Position numbers and translations under genes: made by a program
The notes under the pieces: generated by a model
What the model was told of the DNA's origin: nothing
Database searches by the model: none
Seen by the model: the letters and a program-made list of their open reading frames with translations, nothing else
Shown: piece after piece, positions 19,282 through 27,913 of the stretch
Numbering within the stretch: the first letter of the stretch is position 1
Layout: every line of letters starts with the position of its first letter
Virus record (IMG/VR): IMGVR_UViG_3300005530_000004
Coordinates: 10,873-74,872 of that record
Length of the DNA stretch: 64,000 nt
Origin: a virus
Direction: 5' to 3' (one strand)

Positions 19282-21000
19282 ATGCCTCTTGCAGAAGACC
19301 TAAAAAAACTGTCTGGTCAAAATAAAAATAATTACATAAAGACAGAGACATTCAATGCGATAGTAGATGCTTTAAAAGAAAATACATTAAATCAACCCGG
19401 ATATGGATATTCAGGAAATAAAGCTGCCACCAGACAAAAGTCTAAAGGTAGAAGCTATTTCTTTTTTACTGCCGATGAAAGTCTACCTTTTAGAAGTATA
19501 TTTGGAGCAGGGGAATTTTTTGAGTTCAATGATCCACCTATAATAAATGCAATAAATATAGGTGATTATGGTATCACATTTAATTTATTTACAAATATTC
19601 TACCATTTAATTTAACCGATATATATGGATTATGCAGGCCAATAGGCTATTATGAACCAGTATTATTAAATGTAACTGATGAAGAACATTTTCCTACTGT
19701 TGGAATGCCTTGCGGGCCAGATAGAAACCCTGAACAATGGGGAATATCTGCTGCGTCTTTCGGTTTAATTTGTATTTCTCCGCCAGGAGTTGATCCTGAT
19801 AATGAAAATAATGTTTGGTGTGTAAGAACAAATGATCCTGCAAGCGTGATAGGGACAATATTTGAAACAGACGTTCCTGCTTTTGATCCAGCATCCGATC
19901 TTCTTGGTCAAGGAAGCATAATATTACAATATAGAAATAGTTCAGGACAACTAGAAAATGCCACTGGACCTGATGGTGAACAATTAACTCTTCCTGTTTA
20001 CAATGCTTCTGCAAGCTCTGTATTCAAAGCAAATACGCTCGTTAAATGTATTTGCGTAATAGGTGTTGGATTAGTAATAATTGATTCTAGCAACCTTGTT
20101 TGGGGTAGAGCAGATGATAACATACCACATTTTTCATCTGGAAAAGTAAATGTATATAGAGGAATTCCTGGAAATGAATCATTAGATGGGGAAGCAACAC
20201 CATATATGTCTTTTAACCACCTTGCAGAAGTGGTTAAAGATGAATGGTGTTTTTTAACATCTACTGGAGATAAAAACATACCATATTATATTGTTCAAAA
20301 CGAATATAATGGTATGGTGCTTGGTAAAATAAATACAGATGCTAGGGCACCAGATGATGTTTCTTCCGAAACAGTAAATATTTATGGTGGACAACCGGGA
20401 GCAGAAGTAAGTTTTTCTACAAGTGTTAAAGCAAGACTTAAAAATATATTTGGTGCGATAACAAAAAATTCTTGGACAATATCAACTTTTCTTGGCCCTG
20501 ATGCAGAAGCAAATCATGGTGGATGGTATATAACTGCAGCGCAGCGTGGTAATCTTTATACCGGAAAAATAAAAACTGGTCAAGCAGATCAGTCAACTCA
20601 ATGGCTAAATGTTGGAACTAAAATAAAAGTAAGATTATATACTGGAGACAAAAATCAAACAGATTCAGGATTAGATGTTGATGCTTTAGTTTGGTTTGCA
20701 CCATTATTAGAAAATGAATGGGTGCAATTAGAATGGAACGGAGATATATTTGTAATAACTAAAGCAGAACTAGATGGTGGATTTTATGCTAAAGTAGTAT
20801 TTGACATAGAAAAACAAGGAGTTGGATATATTAATGTTACACAAGCAACAATAAGTCAAGGGCAAGGGGTTGGTCATGGTACTTCTGTAAACGTAGATGG
20901 ATTACAAGTATTTTCTGCTTTAGGTAAAGTAAAAACCGATAAATTAGTGTGGATAAGTAGAAATAGTTGTGGATTCTTTTTAATCTCTTCTGAATGCTAA
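19282..21000 (+). CDS. tail tip/fiber-like protein with repeated ~75-aa modules
   Basis: Recurring G(K/R)..V.(V/I/L)Y.G..E..W..(Y/F)I units; ends ISSEC. Confidence 0.5.
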   Translation: MPLAEDLKKLSGQNKNNYIKTETFNAIVDALKENTLNQPGYGYSGNKAATRQKSKGRSYFFFTADESLPFRSIFGAGEFFEFNDPPIINAINIGDYGITFNLFTNILPFNLTDIYGLCRPIGYYEPVLLNVTDEEHFPTVGMPCGPDRNPEQWGISAASFGLICISPPGVDPDNENNVWCVRTNDPASVIGTIFETDVPAFDPASDLLGQGSIILQYRNSSGQLENATGPDGEQLTLPVYNASASSVFKANTLVKCICVIGVGLVIIDSSNLVWGRADDNIPHFSSGKVNVYRGIPGNESLDGEATPYMSFNHLAEVVKDEWCFLTSTGDKNIPYYIVQNEYNGMVLGKINTDARAPDDVSSETVNIYGGQPGAEVSFSTSVKARLKNIFGAITKNSWTISTFLGPDAEANHGGWYITAAQRGNLYTGKIKTGQADQSTQWLNVGTKIKVRLYTGDKNQTDSGLDVDALVWFAPLLENEWVQLEWNGDIFVITKAELDGGFYAKVVFDIEKQGVGYINVTQATISQGQGVGHGTSVNVDGLQVFSALGKVKTDKLVWISRNSCGFFLISSEC

Positions 21001-21012
21001 AATATAAATAAA

Positions 21013-21495
21013 ATGGGAATACGCTTTTCTCCAGGATGTGAATGTTGTTATTCATACGTGGCATATGTTAAAGGTATAAATATATTTGGTGGAACAATAA
21101 CTTTCGGTATTGCTGGGTTTATTCCTCTTGAATTTGTGTTTGTGACGGGCAATGGAACGTATGGGGTACTAGTTAGTAACGAAGATTTATCTTTTGACGT
21201 AGCGACAAACCCTGTATTTACTCCAAATAATCTCGGGTTGCCAATAATTGCACCAAATCAGGTACAAATAAAAGGATATAATCAATTTCTTCCATCATTG
21301 GATACTCCTGGAACATATAAATTAGTTTTTGGTGGGACTATTGGATTTACTGCCACTGTAGATTTTGGACTATATCTTTTGAGCGGAAGTCGTGGCTCGT
21401 GGAATATTATCGGACATAAAATAAAAACAGTTACAGATGTCTATGAAAATATGAACGCAACATTCAATATTGATGCAAACGGTGTGATAACTTAG
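21013..21495 (+). CDS. tail-tip/receptor-binding protein with N-terminal GCECC motif
   Basis: Last gene of virion module; beta-rich. Confidence 0.4.
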   Translation: MGIRFSPGCECCYSYVAYVKGINIFGGTITFGIAGFIPLEFVFVTGNGTYGVLVSNEDLSFDVATNPVFTPNNLGLPIIAPNQVQIKGYNQFLPSLDTPGTYKLVFGGTIGFTATVDFGLYLLSGSRGSWNIIGHKIKTVTDVYENMNATFNIDANGVIT

Positions 21496-21650
21496 TACAA
21501 TAATTTAATTATTAAAATGCCAATAAATAATAATTATTTAGCTCCTACTGTCCATCCGTCCACCTATCGCCGTCGTCGCCTAGGACGTTCGCCTAGGCGT
21601 CGATCCGATGGACACCTAACCATCGGCCCTACCTAGACTTAGCTCGCCTA

Positions 21651-21688
21651 TTGACGCCGTAGGGACTGACAGTATATACTGTCAGTCC
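21651..21688 (+). promoter_or_regulatory. sigma70-like promoter overlapped by 26-bp perfect palindrome
   Basis: TTGACG(21651)-N18-TATACT(21675); GGACTGACAGTATATACTGTCAGTCC at 21663-21688. Confidence 0.6.
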
Positions 21689-21850
21689 GCCGAGCCATGC
21701 GGACTGCCCCCTAGGCCGACCAGCACAGCGCAGCAAGGCAAAACAATAAATATCTAACAATAAAATAACCTTCTCAACTCTTTTCTCTCGATTTCCCCAT
21801 TGCTTCTTTTTCACCGCAGAAATATCTAATAAATTTTCTGCCACAATAAA

Positions 21851-24061
21851 ATGATTGAACCACTCTCTGAAAAAACTGCTTTAATTTTTTCTCCGATTGA
21901 ATTCTTGGAGACTGATCGTTTAGCAATTTCACTATCCAATAAACCAGATAAAGATGGATATGCAAATTTTGTCGTAAATATCTACGGAGCAACAATCTCC
22001 GAAGAAGAGTTTAGATCAAATTATAAAAACCATTATTCAAATCAATGGTTGCCGAACGAAAAAACATATCTATATTATGCTCGACCATCGTATGCCGCAA
22101 TTCACGATTTTCCGTTAAGAATTCCTGAAAGAAAGAAACTTTCCGATGCTGCAAATTATCGCGGCGAAAGATATGAGTTTGCAGCAACAGATATTACTGC
22201 AAGCATCATTTATAAGCTGTGGAAACCAGAACAACTAGCATTCAAAGATAATGACGCCAAGATTCTATATCAATATTTACTGGCATCATCTGCAAGGATG
22301 TCAGAAAATGCTAAGATTTCCGCAAACTATAAAACCGTTAAAGAGGAGATGGACAAGGAATTAGAAAAAGTAAAACTAGAAAATCCTGGGCTTGTTAATG
22401 GTGAACTTCATAAAGTAAAAGAAGAGTTGCAAAATAAATATTTTGATAGATTGGTTCCAAAGTCGAATAAACAAGATTCTAAGCCGCTGCAATTCTGCGC
22501 GGAACGTCCATTAGCCCCTTATCAACAAGTTGTTCTTTATTTGAACAATAATAATGAAGGCTTTGGAAGTTTCATGGAGCAAGGGACTGGAAAAACTCCG
22601 CCGTCCATTGCAAATATTGATAATCTTGCCTTAGAAAAATGGGAAAAAGAAGGTAAGATTCTCAAAGTCCTTATTTGCTGCCCAAATAATGTTAGGGCAA
22701 ATTGGCAAAATGAATTTCAAAATTTCAGTACAGTAGATGGTCGCGTTACAATTTTGCGCGGCGATGAAATGAATCGCATTAAATGTTTCTTTGAAGCATT
22801 TATGCACATTAAAGAAGAAAAGTATACTGTACTGATTGCTGGATATGATATTGTGCAAAGATTCAGTGCATTATTTGACTTTCCACAATTCATGGATGGC
22901 GATGATAAATGGGATGTAGTTATCTGCGACGAAGCCCATTATTTCAAAGACCCAAAAACAAAGAGATGGGAAAAAGGTTTAATCAAAGTACGCGACCGCG
23001 CAAAAAGAAGATATGTATTAACCGGAACTCCGGTTTGCAATAGTGTAAATGATCTTTGGTCGCAATTGGAATTCATCAGAAAAGGTGGAAGTGGTTTTGT
23101 TAATTTTAAGAATTTCCAAGACTTCTATTCTGTTTATGATGAATTTTCAAGAACTGTAGAATATCAAAACCTTCCGTTCATTCAGGAAAGATTGGCAATG
23201 ATGTCTTTCTTTATTTCTAAGAAAGAAGCGCTGCCAGATTTACCTGAAAAGGTTTATGATATTATCGAAGTTGAAATGACAAGTAAGCAAGCTTTGGTTT
23301 ATCAAAAGATTGAAACCGAACTTCAATATAAGATCGAACAAGAGCTTGCAGCGTCTGCTAATTCAGATGGTAAAAATGATGCAATGACTGTCAATAATAT
23401 TTTGACACAATTGCTTAGACTTGCTCAAATTACTTCTGGTTTTATTACATATGATGAAGTGTGCGATTTCGACGGTACAGTAATTAAACCGAAAAGAATT
23501 GAAAGGTTTAATGAACAACCTAAAATCGACGCTACAATGGAATTGCTTGCAGCAAGAAAGCCGGAAGAGAAAACTTTAATTTGGGCTTGCTTTCAATCAG
23601 ATATTCATGCTCTGCAAGATGCTGTAGAACAAGCTGGTTATAAATATGTAATGTTTTATGGTGAGACAAGCGAATCACAAAGAACAGAGGCAGAATATTT
23701 ATTTAACCACAATGATGAATACACTGTATTTATTGGAAATGCTGCTGCTGGTGGAACTGGATTAAATCTTCTTGGCTATCCGCCACAACATCCAGAAGAA
23801 TCTGAGTCTAATGTAACAATGGAAATATTCTTTTCACAAAATTGGTCAGCAGTTTATCGTGCGCAAGCGGAAGATCGTGCGCATCGTCGCGGAACTAGAA
23901 CAAATGTAAGAATTGTAGACTTACAAGTTCCAGCAACTATTGACCAAGAAATTCGCAAAAGAGTAATTGATAAGCGGCAATCAGCTTATGAAATTGCAGA
24001 CCTAAAAGAAGTGTTGAGAGGAATATTGAATCCGAATTCTATTGCTGGATTGTTGACATGA
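21851..24061 (+). CDS. SNF2-family (SF2) helicase
   Basis: MEQGTGKT, CDEAH, LTGTP, GGTGLNL, QAEDRAHRRG. Confidence 0.92.
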   Translation: MIEPLSEKTALIFSPIEFLETDRLAISLSNKPDKDGYANFVVNIYGATISEEEFRSNYKNHYSNQWLPNEKTYLYYARPSYAAIHDFPLRIPERKKLSDAANYRGERYEFAATDITASIIYKLWKPEQLAFKDNDAKILYQYLLASSARMSENAKISANYKTVKEEMDKELEKVKLENPGLVNGELHKVKEELQNKYFDRLVPKSNKQDSKPLQFCAERPLAPYQQVVLYLNNNNEGFGSFMEQGTGKTPPSIANIDNLALEKWEKEGKILKVLICCPNNVRANWQNEFQNFSTVDGRVTILRGDEMNRIKCFFEAFMHIKEEKYTVLIAGYDIVQRFSALFDFPQFMDGDDKWDVVICDEAHYFKDPKTKRWEKGLIKVRDRAKRRYVLTGTPVCNSVNDLWSQLEFIRKGGSGFVNFKNFQDFYSVYDEFSRTVEYQNLPFIQERLAMMSFFISKKEALPDLPEKVYDIIEVEMTSKQALVYQKIETELQYKIEQELAASANSDGKNDAMTVNNILTQLLRLAQITSGFITYDEVCDFDGTVIKPKRIERFNEQPKIDATMELLAARKPEEKTLIWACFQSDIHALQDAVEQAGYKYVMFYGETSESQRTEAEYLFNHNDEYTVFIGNAAAGGTGLNLLGYPPQHPEESESNVTMEIFFSQNWSAVYRAQAEDRAHRRGTRTNVRIVDLQVPATIDQEIRKRVIDKRQSAYEIADLKEVLRGILNPNSIAGLLT

Positions 24062-24294
24062 ATAAAACACCATTCTTGAAATTTATACTGGATGGTACTA
24101 GTGAAAGTGGTAAAACAAATAGATACCATGTTTATTCAAATATAAACAGTTCTTTTCTTGGAACAATTAAATGGTATTCTAATTGGCGAAGATATATATT
24201 TTGTTCTGATATGGGTACTGTATTTGATGCAACTTGCTTAGATGAAATATCGGATTTCCTAAAGAAATTGATGTGTGAAAGAAATAAGAGATAA
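24058..24294 (+). CDS. hypothetical protein
   Basis: Start overlaps helicase stop. Confidence 0.55.
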   Translation: MNKTPFLKFILDGTSESGKTNRYHVYSNINSSFLGTIKWYSNWRRYIFCSDMGTVFDATCLDEISDFLKKLMCERNKR

Positions 24295-24299
24295 ATAAA

Positions 24300-24731
24300 A
24301 TGGGATGCGACATACATCTACATATCGAAATTAAAATAAATAACGAATGGCATCATTATAATCATCCAAATGGATTATATGCCGGAACAGAAAATAGAAG
24401 AAACTATAAGTTATTTGCTAAGATGGCTGGCGTAAGAAATTATGAACCACTAGTTCCAATTTGTCAACCTAAAGGTTTACCAGAAGATATAACATTTATT
24501 ACAAGGTTTGATTGGTCTAAAGATAATTATCACGATGAAAGTTGGTTCAATTTAGAAGAAATAAGAGAATTAAATGAATGGTGGGAAGAACAGCCAGAAT
24601 TCAATCCACAAAATCCAGAATCTCATTTTGAAGAATATTTTGGGTACTTATTTGGAAATGTGCACTGCGAAGAAACTTTAAAATTAAATAATATTCAAGA
24701 TGTAAGATTTGTGTTCTGGTTTGATAATTAA
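24300..24731 (+). CDS. conserved phage hypothetical protein
   Basis: MGCDIH..RNYKLFA..GVRN..KGLPED..RFVFWFDN, a pattern common in phages. Confidence 0.65.
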   Translation: MGCDIHLHIEIKINNEWHHYNHPNGLYAGTENRRNYKLFAKMAGVRNYEPLVPICQPKGLPEDITFITRFDWSKDNYHDESWFNLEEIRELNEWWEEQPEFNPQNPESHFEEYFGYLFGNVHCEETLKLNNIQDVRFVFWFDN

Positions 24732-24742
24732 GATGTATTCTT

Positions 24743-24816
24743 GGAGCCGTAACTCAATTGGTTAGAGTAGGAAACTCATAATTTCTTAGTTGCAGGTTCG
24801 AGTCCTGCCGGCTCTA
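24743..24816 (+). tRNA. tRNA with CAT anticodon (Ile2-lysidine or elongator Met)
   Basis: GGAGCCG/CGGCTCT acceptor, GGAAA-CTCATAA-TTTCT anticodon arm, GCAGG-TTCGAGT-CCTGC T arm; no encoded CCA. Confidence 0.9.
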
Positions 24817-24845
24817 TTTAACGTGTTAACCAGAAAAGCAGAGAA

Positions 24846-25283
24846 GTGGTAAATAAAATGTCAACTGATAATATGGCCAATCAACCAGATAATCTGGAGC
24901 AACAGCAGCAACAAATACAGCAATCAATACCAAAACATTCTAGCCGTGTATTTATGCTGGAACAATCTCAAAATGTAGATGTAGTGCCAGCATTTCAATA
25001 CGGACCAATAATTCCATTATTTAAAAGTACAACAATTGATAGGAACAATAAAAGTGAAAAGAAAATAGATCGACCATCAATGTGGCATACAGAGGAATTT
25101 GCCGATGAAATAATAAAGAAACTAGAAGAACACAACTATAATCCAGAAACTGATTATCTACTAGTAGCTGGTCACGTTGTACCATTAATAATATTTACTT
25201 GTACAGTAGTTTCTCAATGGGAGAATGTACAAGTATTATTTTGGTCCAGCGGCTTTCAGAAGTATGTTGTTCGTAGATTGTAG
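24846..25283 (+). CDS. hypothetical protein
   Basis: Packed ORF in replication module. Confidence 0.55.
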   Translation: MVNKMSTDNMANQPDNLEQQQQQIQQSIPKHSSRVFMLEQSQNVDVVPAFQYGPIIPLFKSTTIDRNNKSEKKIDRPSMWHTEEFADEIIKKLEEHNYNPETDYLLVAGHVVPLIIFTCTVVSQWENVQVLFWSSGFQKYVVRRL

Positions 25284-25338
25284 TGTTTGTTGTTTACGTT
25301 TTGTCTACTTTCGTTCACCTTTTGTTGGAGAAATAAAA

Positions 25339-25806
25339 ATGGCTAAAAATCGCGATGAAGTTAAAAGTATCGTAGATGAATTCTTCAATTTGCTTTACAA
25401 TCTAAATGATCTTCCAAATATCAGAAGCATTAGCTGCCTTGTTTCTGATATTGCAGACGTTGAATCAAAAGAAGAATTTCAAGACTTAATCAATGAATCA
25501 ATTACATTACTATTAGATGAAGATGAATTAGACGATGAAGATGAAGATGAAGATGAAGATGAAGAATTAGACGATGAAGATGAAGATGAAGATGAAGATG
25601 AAGATGAAGATGAAGATGAAGAATTAGACGATGAAGAATTAGACGATGAAGATGAAGAATTAGACGATGAAGATGAAGATGAAGATGAAGATGAAGATGA
25701 AGATGATGAATTAGAAGACGACGAAGATGATAGTCTCGATGTAGATAATCTTGATAAACTTGACGAAGAACTAACTCAACTTGAAGATGTAAATAAGAAA
25801 CTGTAG
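25339..25806 (+). CDS. highly acidic protein with poly-D/E tract
   Basis: ATG 25339 after GGAG; about 75 nearly contiguous D/E residues from GATGAA repeats. Confidence 0.7.
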   Translation: MAKNRDEVKSIVDEFFNLLYNLNDLPNIRSISCLVSDIADVESKEEFQDLINESITLLLDEDELDDEDEDEDEDEELDDEDEDEDEDEDEDEDEELDDEELDDEDEELDDEDEDEDEDEDEDDELEDDEDDSLDVDNLDKLDEELTQLEDVNKKL

Positions 25807-25846
25807 TAAATAAGAGGTTACTACATAACAAACTGGATACAATAAA

Positions 25847-26494
25847 ATGAAAGAGTCTGCAAAAACATTATTTAGGAATGTAAAAGAATCCCATGAGATA
25901 ATCTATAAATGCATGTCTGAACTCAGACAAGAAGTGGAGAAATGCAATAACTATGTAGAATTGTGTGATTATGCTTTTGCAGTAGATCAATCACACGAAT
26001 ATGTACAAGATTTAAAAGTAGAATTATGGAAATTTCGTGAATTCTTGAATAAAAAAGTGGATGAACTTTGGCTGCAAGCCGCCGTAAACGGTGGCTGTAG
26101 TTTTCCAAGAAGTATCCACACAGATTATGTAACTGCTACACCAGATATTAAACAAGCACCAAATATTCCATCACAAAAATCTGATCCAGAAGCATATAAA
26201 AAGCTTATGGATTATTTAAACATTGATGTTTCAAATTGGCCCGTAAAAGAAGATGGTGGGTTAAGTGAAGTAGTAAAAATTCATTGGCCCGGACTCTGTA
26301 ACTTAGTTACAGAAAAAATGGCTAAAGGTTTATCTGCCCCACCAGGAATAGACATTTCTAAATTAACTCCAGTCTTTAAGTTAACACTAAGAAAAAAGAA
26401 AGATATATTAGACAAAACCGATTCAGAGACTTCTGTTGAAGAGATGAAAGCAGAATTAACAAAATTAGAGAAAGAAATGGAGGACAGATTTTAA
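25847..26494 (+). CDS. hypothetical replication-module protein
   Basis: Coiled-coil N-terminus, context. Confidence 0.55.
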   Translation: MKESAKTLFRNVKESHEIIYKCMSELRQEVEKCNNYVELCDYAFAVDQSHEYVQDLKVELWKFREFLNKKVDELWLQAAVNGGCSFPRSIHTDYVTATPDIKQAPNIPSQKSDPEAYKKLMDYLNIDVSNWPVKEDGGLSEVVKIHWPGLCNLVTEKMAKGLSAPPGIDISKLTPVFKLTLRKKKDILDKTDSETSVEEMKAELTKLEKEMEDRF

Positions 26495-26618
26495 AAATGG
26501 AAAGACGTTGATTAAACGGAAATGCAATCGCAACCCGTCAATTTGTTAAGTTGTTAAGTTGTTAAGTTGTTAAGTTGTTACGTTGTTTGAACTTTGAACT
26601 TTGAACAAGGAAATTGAA

Positions 26619-27569
26619 ATGTCTAAAGCATCTAATGTTGACAATGTTGAAAGCAATCTCGGATCGGAAAGTCGTGTTGAATCGGCCAATAATGCCAATA
26701 CTTCTAACACTAATCTTGCGCAAGCATCTACGCAAAATCTTCCTGCATACTTGCAAAAGCGGCTTGCAGAATCTTCCGGGCAAGCAACAGGAATTCAAAA
26801 TCTTCAACAATATTGGGTTCCGCCAAGATTAAAGATTGTTCAAGCGCAATCTGGGGATCAATATAGAAATGCAGGATTTAAACCTGGAGATATTTTACTG
26901 GTTCCAGAAATGTCTTTAATCGCACATTCTGGAGAACCACTTTGGATTACTCCAATTTTTATGTATACGGATTTTGCTAAATGGAGTCCGTATGGAATGA
27001 AAGGTCAAATGCCTGTCATTCAAGAAAGAACAGTAGATATTGATTCGTATATTGCAAAACGTGCAAGGTCAAAAAAAGAAGAAGATTGGTATGAAATTTG
27101 TCCTGATGCACCAAAAGCAAAACAAGGGGATCAACAATATCAATATAGGTATTGTGAGCATATCAATTTCTTGTGCGTTTTGCGTTTAAACAACAAGTTT
27201 CCGGAACATCCTGCAAACAGAAATATTAACAATCCGTTCTTGCTTTCTTTTCATCATGCAGGATTTCATGAAGGAAAACAACTTTCAACTCTGATTGTTA
27301 ATCGGAGAATTGATATTTTTACTGGACAATATGAGTTGAAAACGACTGATAAAACAAATAAGAAAGGAACATGGAAAGGATTTGCTGTTACTAATCCAAG
27401 TTTTGAATCAGGAATGTCTGGATTCGTAGAATCTGAACAAGATGCTTTAAATTATGAAGCAATGTACAAAAAGATTCAGGATAAGTTTGCTGCCGATGAA
27501 ATTCGTCCAGATTACGAAGACGATTCATTGGAAGGTGAAGTTGTTTCTGATTCCAAAGGGAAGTTTTAA
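26619..27569 (+). CDS. putative ssDNA-binding/annealing protein
   Basis: AAGGA RBS; PPRLKIVQAQS; acidic tail ending in Phe; between helicase and primase/PolA. Confidence 0.5.
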   Translation: MSKASNVDNVESNLGSESRVESANNANTSNTNLAQASTQNLPAYLQKRLAESSGQATGIQNLQQYWVPPRLKIVQAQSGDQYRNAGFKPGDILLVPEMSLIAHSGEPLWITPIFMYTDFAKWSPYGMKGQMPVIQERTVDIDSYIAKRARSKKEEDWYEICPDAPKAKQGDQQYQYRYCEHINFLCVLRLNNKFPEHPANRNINNPFLLSFHHAGFHEGKQLSTLIVNRRIDIFTGQYELKTTDKTNKKGTWKGFAVTNPSFESGMSGFVESEQDALNYEAMYKKIQDKFAADEIRPDYEDDSLEGEVVSDSKGKF

Positions 27570-27587
27570 GCTGTATTGATACCCTTA

Positions 27588-27660
27588 GCAATTCCTAGAT
27601 CAATGTTAATAATACATCTTAGAGGTGGGCTGTATTTTAACCTCTTGGTCTAGGAATTGT
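27588..27660 (+). ncRNA. structured RNA copy 1 (CAAUGUUAA/UUAACCUCUUG core)
   Basis: About 27-bp stem with 1x3 internal loop, shared with copy 2. Confidence 0.55.
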
Positions 27661-27679
27661 CCTTTTATTTTTTGACTTT

Positions 27680-27759
27680 AGATTTTCTAGGCCAATGTTA
27701 AGCTATTTTAATGCTAGCGCACATATAAAAATATCTTAACCTCTTGAGCCTAGAAATCT
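27680..27759 (+). ncRNA. structured RNA copy 2, abutting tRNA-Leu
   Basis: Same core, different but complementary flanking stems. Confidence 0.55.
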
Positions 27760-27845
27760 GCCGGTGTGGTGGAATTGGAATACACGACAGACTTAAAATC
27801 TGTTTGAAGGTAACTTCAATATCGGTTCGAGTCCGATCATCGGCA
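27760..27845 (+). tRNA. tRNA-Leu(TAA)
   Basis: GCCGGTG/CATCGGC-A acceptor, ACAGA-CTTAAAA-TCTGT anticodon arm, long variable arm TGAAG-GTAA-CTTCA, ATCGG-TTCGAGT-CCGAT. Confidence 0.93.
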
Positions 27846-27913
27846 TTTGATTACTTGTCGCAAATTAGATTACTTGTCGCCAATCAGTAGACTAGCAATG
27901 AAACAAATGTATA

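Noticed and set aside
21663-21688. Protelomerase (telRL) site or LexA box
   Set aside because: No protelomerase visible; core is CAGT..ACTG, not CTGT-N8-ACAG
25502-25831. His/Leu-rich minus-strand ORF
   Set aside because: Antisense shadow of the GATGAA acidic tract
24743-27845. Prophage attachment site at a tRNA
   Set aside because: tRNAs are embedded among phage genes; no integrase, duplicated tRNA 3' end or host genes
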